DNA of 64,000 nucleotides from a bacterium (GTDB lineage Bacteria; UBA10199; 2-02-FULL-44-16; JAAZCA01): NCBI GenBank assembly GCA_963674695.2, contig CAXXGI010000001.1, positions 224,001 to 288,000 of the forward strand, read 5' to 3'. Shown piece by piece: positions 59,922 to 64,000 of this stretch (position 1 is its first letter; each line of letters starts with the position of its first letter). The notes under the pieces were generated by a model. It saw only the letters and a program-made list of their open reading frames with translations, ran no database searches and was not told where the DNA came from. The position numbers and the translations under genes were made by a program.

Positions 59922-61232
59922 ATGTCGAAGATAGACCCCAAAGAGCTGCTTCCGCCCTGGTGGCACGACCGCCCCGACCACCTGTCGGCGCACGATGAAA
60001 CGCTGCGCGAAACGTATCTCCGCGAGCGCGGAGGTGAAGACGGCTTTCGCGAGGCGCGCATCGGGTTCAAGGAACACCTGCTCGAGGGGGTGCTCGTCCG
60101 AAACGACCGCGGCATCGCGCGTCTCTTCGTCGATCTGCGCTCGGGATCGGCCGGCACCACGACCGTGCGTTCCGCCTTCCTTCGATTCCTGGGACAGGGA
60201 AGCGACCCCGACGGTCATCGCACGTCCAAGGAAAGACCCAACATCGTCGTCCCTCTCGCACAGACGATCGGACGCTTTGATGCCACCGAAATGGCCACGC
60301 ATGCGCTCTGTCAGGGCGCTCAGTCCGTCTTCAACCGAACACAGCAAATCACCGACGAGGAAACCTATATCGACACCTGGACGGCCTACCGCAACCTGAT
60401 GCTCGCCGCCACCGGGTCGCTGCGACATGAGCTGATCTCACCGCAGAAGCAGCATGCGATCGGTTCGGAAAACCATCTGCGCACCGTTCACGAACGCCTG
60501 GCACAACTCGAAACGATCTTCGAACTGGCCAAACTCTTTCCCCATGACCGGCTGCGAAACGATCCGCTCCATCGAACATGGGCCACCGCCTTCGTCGGCG
60601 GCCAGCGCGCAAAACTCGCCAACAGCATGTGGGCGATACAGATGCTGCGCGAACAGATCGACCGCGGCCGGGCCCAACAAAAGCACCTCACCTTTGCCGC
60701 CCAGGCCATTGTCGCGCTCCATGATCCGCTCGATCATATCCGCATGTCCTATGTGCGCGAAGACAGCATCTGGCCGTTCGTCCTGATCGAGTTGCCCAGC
60801 GAGGACAAACTGCAGGCCTTCAATCCCATCGCCCTGCGAGAGATGGTGGATCGGATCGTCTATGCCGCAGGGACAGCAGGCGCACAGCGAGGGCGGGCGA
60901 CATCGCTCTGGGTCTACTGGGATGTCGATCGGCGCGAGCTCTCCTTCACCGATGAAACCTCGACCCGCGGCGCACTCGACGCCTTTGCGGATGGAGCGCA
61001 GCGGGACTGGCTGGAGGCACTCGCCCCGGTTTTGGGAAATGAGGGCGCACTCGCCCTGGAGCATGACCATGACGGTCACGTCGAAGCGGTGGTGATCACC
61101 GTACCGCAGCAGGAAGCGATCGCCGCGGAGCTACCTCCTGAGGAGTTCAACGAAGGCGCCGTGGACCTCGAGGCCTTTAATCTCCCCGCCGCAACACCAC
61201 CGGCCTATGCCTTCACCACCCTCAGACTGTAA
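59922..61232 (+). CDS. Array gene 10: hypothetical protein (about 436 aa), degenerate histidine kinase-like, short acidic tail
   Basis: H-box-like LRHELISP, followed by a HATPase_c-like pattern that lacks the N/G-box residues. The start codon is uncertain. Confidence 0.7.
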   Translation: MSKIDPKELLPPWWHDRPDHLSAHDETLRETYLRERGGEDGFREARIGFKEHLLEGVLVRNDRGIARLFVDLRSGSAGTTTVRSAFLRFLGQGSDPDGHRTSKERPNIVVPLAQTIGRFDATEMATHALCQGAQSVFNRTQQITDEETYIDTWTAYRNLMLAATGSLRHELISPQKQHAIGSENHLRTVHERLAQLETIFELAKLFPHDRLRNDPLHRTWATAFVGGQRAKLANSMWAIQMLREQIDRGRAQQKHLTFAAQAIVALHDPLDHIRMSYVREDSIWPFVLIELPSEDKLQAFNPIALREMVDRIVYAAGTAGAQRGRATSLWVYWDVDRRELSFTDETSTRGALDAFADGAQRDWLEALAPVLGNEGALALEHDHDGHVEAVVITVPQQEAIAAELPPEEFNEGAVDLEAFNLPAATPPAYAFTTLRL

Positions 61233-61241
61233 GAAATATGG

Positions 61242-62543
61242 TCAGGAAAAACGCTTTTCGATGAGATCGTGAAAATGTCGCTCGTTCTGCGCCATGCGTT
61301 TTCGATAGGTCGGCAGCGTCGATTCGATATGACGCCGAATGCTGGCACTGTCCGTTCGAAGTCGCGCCGTCTTCTCGCGCAACTTCTGCCCGATGCGATC
61401 CTCGCGATAGGCGATGAAATACGCTTCGAGAAATCCCAGTTCATCCATGATGGCCGCGATGCGCTCATCGTGTGCCAGGCCGATGGTTGGAACGAAACCG
61501 CCCATCGACAAGACCAGCGCATGATAGCGACAGGTGACGAGCCAATCGAGCCGCCGCAACAGGCCCGTCATCTGTGCCGCACTGGCATGATCGGCATCGA
61601 AGAGAGCACTCGGCGATCGCATCCGCTCCATGACCTGCCGGCAGGGCTGAGCATCGAGCCGCTCCATCGCAAAGAAGACAACCTGCACGCCCAAGTCCTC
61701 GCAGACCCAATCGGCATAGGCGGCCATCGCCTCCTGCATCGCTTTGCTTCGCTCGCGTCCGTCATCGCCCCAGCCGTGATAGTAGATCGACTTGTACCGA
61801 TCGCGGCGAACGCCGAAGAGCGCCTTGAGCGGATGTGGCGCGACCGGCCACCAGAAGAACTCTTCGAAGGCGATGCCCATGAGGGGACGATGGGGATCAA
61901 TCCCCTGGCCAGCCAGCACCATATCGACCCAGTCGCGACGCGCGGGCTCGAGCGTGAAGGCAGTGTCGGTCGTGACGATGACCGGACGCGCTACCCCCAT
62001 CGTGCGCAACGCGATCTGCGCGGCCTGCGTGCGCGTCATCAAGAGATCGATGCGATCGGCGACCTCGACGGCCCAGTCGCGGTTGCGTCCCGTGAGCTTT
62101 CCCGCATCGACCCCATAGGCGACGGTCGCAATCCCCATGCGCTGCGCAAGATCCGCGGCATAGAGGAAGAACCACAAGAGCGCCGCGGAGAAGTTTTCTT
62201 TGAAGCAGCTCCCCTCGATGAGAACGACGACATCCGCGCATCGCACCAAGCGCAAGATGCTCACGAGAAAGACCGGATGGATCTGCGCGACGCGCAGGCG
62301 ATCGTCTTCGCTGACATAGCGCAGCGTCTGGCGGCGATCGAGCGAGGTGAGCGTGATGTGCACACGCGTATCGGCGTGCAGCATCTGCCGAATCGCCTCG
62401 GCGGTGCGCGCCTCGGCACCGGTGTTGTTTGCACCGCCGTAGCCGACCAGCAAGCACTCGATCGGGTCGCTCGGTTCACGCCGACGCTGCGGCGGAAACA
62501 ATCGAGCGAACAATCGAACGAGCATGCGGAGAAAGAAAACCAT
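61242..62543 (-). CDS. Polysaccharide pyruvyl transferase family protein
   Basis: GYGGANNTGAEA, EGSCFKE, DTAFTL and TCRYHALVLS motifs. Start at ATG 62543 with an AAGGAG RBS. Confidence 0.85.
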   Translation of the reverse strand: MVFFLRMLVRLFARLFPPQRRREPSDPIECLLVGYGGANNTGAEARTAEAIRQMLHADTRVHITLTSLDRRQTLRYVSEDDRLRVAQIHPVFLVSILRLVRCADVVVLIEGSCFKENFSAALLWFFLYAADLAQRMGIATVAYGVDAGKLTGRNRDWAVEVADRIDLLMTRTQAAQIALRTMGVARPVIVTTDTAFTLEPARRDWVDMVLAGQGIDPHRPLMGIAFEEFFWWPVAPHPLKALFGVRRDRYKSIYYHGWGDDGRERSKAMQEAMAAYADWVCEDLGVQVVFFAMERLDAQPCRQVMERMRSPSALFDADHASAAQMTGLLRRLDWLVTCRYHALVLSMGGFVPTIGLAHDERIAAIMDELGFLEAYFIAYREDRIGQKLREKTARLRTDSASIRRHIESTLPTYRKRMAQNERHFHDLIEKRFS

Positions 62544-62598
62544 TCGACTCCTTACTACAGACCATGGACTAGGGACGACGAACAAACCCTCTTGTGCT

Positions 62599-62741
62599 GT
62601 CATTCCCGCAGGGGTCAGCGGGAATCTCGCCTGTCACGACACATCGAGATCCCCGCTGGAGCCTGCCCTCGAGTGATTGATTCGGGGGCGGGGATGACAC
62701 AACCGGGGCCATCGGGACCCCTCGACTCCGCTCGGGATGAC
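62599..62741. repeat. REP-like palindromic repeat, copy 6 (expanded) plus a half-unit of a related GTCATCCCGAGCGGAGTCGAGGG type
   Basis: GTCATTCCCGCAGGGGTCAGCGGGAATCTCG...CGAGATCCCCGC[insert]GCGGGGATGAC, then CCCTCGACTCCGCTCGGGATGAC. Confidence 0.75.
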
Positions 62742-62745
62742 ACAT

Positions 62746-62775
62746 CGCTTCACGCTTCACGCTTCACGCTTCACT
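62746..62775. repeat. Heptamer tandem repeat (CGCTTCA)4 overlapping the rimO stop
   Basis: CGCTTCACGCTTCACGCTTCACGCTTCACT. Confidence 0.75.
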
Positions 62776-64000
62776 ATCTTTGCCACCAGATCGTAGGCGT
62801 GCGCCTCGGTGATCTCGACCTCGGCGAAGCTGCCGGGCGCGGCATCTCCCTCGTTGATGTAGACGACGCCATCGATATCGGGGGCCTGCCCCTCGTGGCG
62901 CGCCTGCCAGAGCAGTTCCGTCTCCTCGGAGGGGCCTTCGACCAACACGCGCAGGCGCTTGCCCACGAGTGCATCGTTGTGTGCCTGTGCAATCTCCTGC
63001 TGCAATTCCATCAAGCGATCGCGACGCTCGTGGGCGAGGTCGGGCGGAACCGCATTCGGCAATGTCGCCGCATGCGTCCCTTCCTCCGGCGAATAGGTGA
63101 AGACGCCCAGGTGTTCGAAGCGTGTTTCGACGACGAAGCGCTCGAGCTCATCAAAATCAGCATCGGTCTCGCCGGGAAAGCCGACGATGAGACTCGTGCG
63201 CAAACCGATGCCGGAAATACGCGATCGCAGACGCTCGATCAAGCGACGAATCTCATCTCCATCCCCCCCGCGACGCATGGCCTTCAAGAGGGCATCGCTG
63301 ATGTGTTGAATGGGGATATCCAGATAGCGACAGATATCCGGTCCATCGCGCATCGCCTCGATGACCGCATCGGGAAAGGCGTGGGGATAGGCGTAGAGCA
63401 GGCGAATCCATTTCTGGCCGGCAAGCCCCGACAGATCGCGCAGAAGCGGGGCAAGGCCCGTATCATTGTCACGCCCGAAAGCAGTCAAATCCTGCCCGAT
63501 GAGGTTGAGTTCGCGCACGCCGCGATCGATCATCGCGCGCGCCTCGGCGACGATGGACTCCGGCGCACGGGAGCGAAAACGGCCGCGCAACTTCGGAATG
63601 ATACAAAAGGAACAGGGATGAAAACAGCCCTCGGCGATCTTGATGTAGCCCACATGCGCGGGGGTCGCGTGCACGCGCGGAGTCGTATGATCGTAGAGAT
63701 ACTCGGGGCGTCCCACGTGCAGGCGCTGACGTCCATCGCCCCCCTCGATGATCTCGGCGATGCGATGAAACTCACCCGCGCCGACAAAGGCATCGACCTC
63801 GGGCAGGAGCGTGGCCAACTCGTCGCGATACCGCTGGGGCAAACAGCCCGCGACGACGAGCAGGCGACACTTGCCCTCATCCTTCATCCGCGCCATCGTA
63901 AGGATCGTATCGATCGCTTCGCGCTTGGCATCCTCGATGAAGGCACAGGTATTGATAACGATCACCTCCGCCGCTTCGGCCTCTTCGGTGAAGGCGTAAC
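62757..64000 (-). CDS. rimO: Ribosomal protein S12 methylthiotransferase RimO, 5' end outside the window
   Basis: INTCAFIEDAKREAI, GCLPQRY, KIAEGCFHPCSFCIIP, RLLYAYP, LDIPIQH and the TRAM-region motif APDIDG. Confidence 0.96.
   Translation of the reverse strand, partial: YAFTEEAEAAEVIVINTCAFIEDAKREAIDTILTMARMKDEGKCRLLVVAGCLPQRYRDELATLLPEVDAFVGAGEFHRIAEIIEGGDGRQRLHVGRPEYLYDHTTPRVHATPAHVGYIKIAEGCFHPCSFCIIPKLRGRFRSRAPESIVAEARAMIDRGVRELNLIGQDLTAFGRDNDTGLAPLLRDLSGLAGQKWIRLLYAYPHAFPDAVIEAMRDGPDICRYLDIPIQHISDALLKAMRRGGDGDEIRRLIERLRSRISGIGLRTSLIVGFPGETDADFDELERFVVETRFEHLGVFTYSPEEGTHAATLPNAVPPDLAHERRDRLMELQQEIAQAHNDALVGKRLRVLVEGPSEETELLWQARHEGQAPDIDGVVYINEGDAAPGSFAEVEITEAHAYDLVAKIVKREA

Noticed and set aside
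10723-61232. Array considered as a prophage or integrative element
   Set aside because: I found no integrase, structural genes, att-like repeats or tRNA target.

Overview
GC-rich bacterial chromosome segment. The gene order and protein style suggest a deltaproteobacterial-type lineage (inference). Both ends carry minus-strand housekeeping genes. Left: suhB (partial), comF, rsfS, obgE, rpmA, rplU, a decayed nucleotidyltransferase gene pair, rng, a TIGR03960/TIGR03936 radical-SAM fusion and a CPAF-like S41 protease lipoprotein. Right: a polysaccharide pyruvyl transferase and rimO (partial). Between them (about 10.8-61.2 kb) is an uninterrupted plus-strand array of ten large, mostly orphan genes. 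It includes three paralogous 3,200-3,800 aa helical giants, an SF2 helicase, an alpha/beta hydrolase and a degenerate histidine kinase-like protein. These largely unrelated proteins end in the same kind of C-terminal module: usually a Gly/Ser/Thr/Pro linker, then an acidic, often Met-rich, Lys/Arg-poor tail with shared short motifs. A shared alternative-sigma-like promoter, CACGCAAC-N16-CGA, precedes five array genes and the divergent CPAF-like protease. A 17-nt-spacer variant precedes a small secreted protein. My main hypothesis, which is inference, is a co-regulated arsenal of exported effector or cargo proteins carrying an undescribed C-terminal targeting signal. REP-like palindromes (two inside MITE-like ends), heptamer tandem repeats and several long hairpins are also present. 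I saw no rRNA, tRNA, CRISPR array, integrase or transposase.
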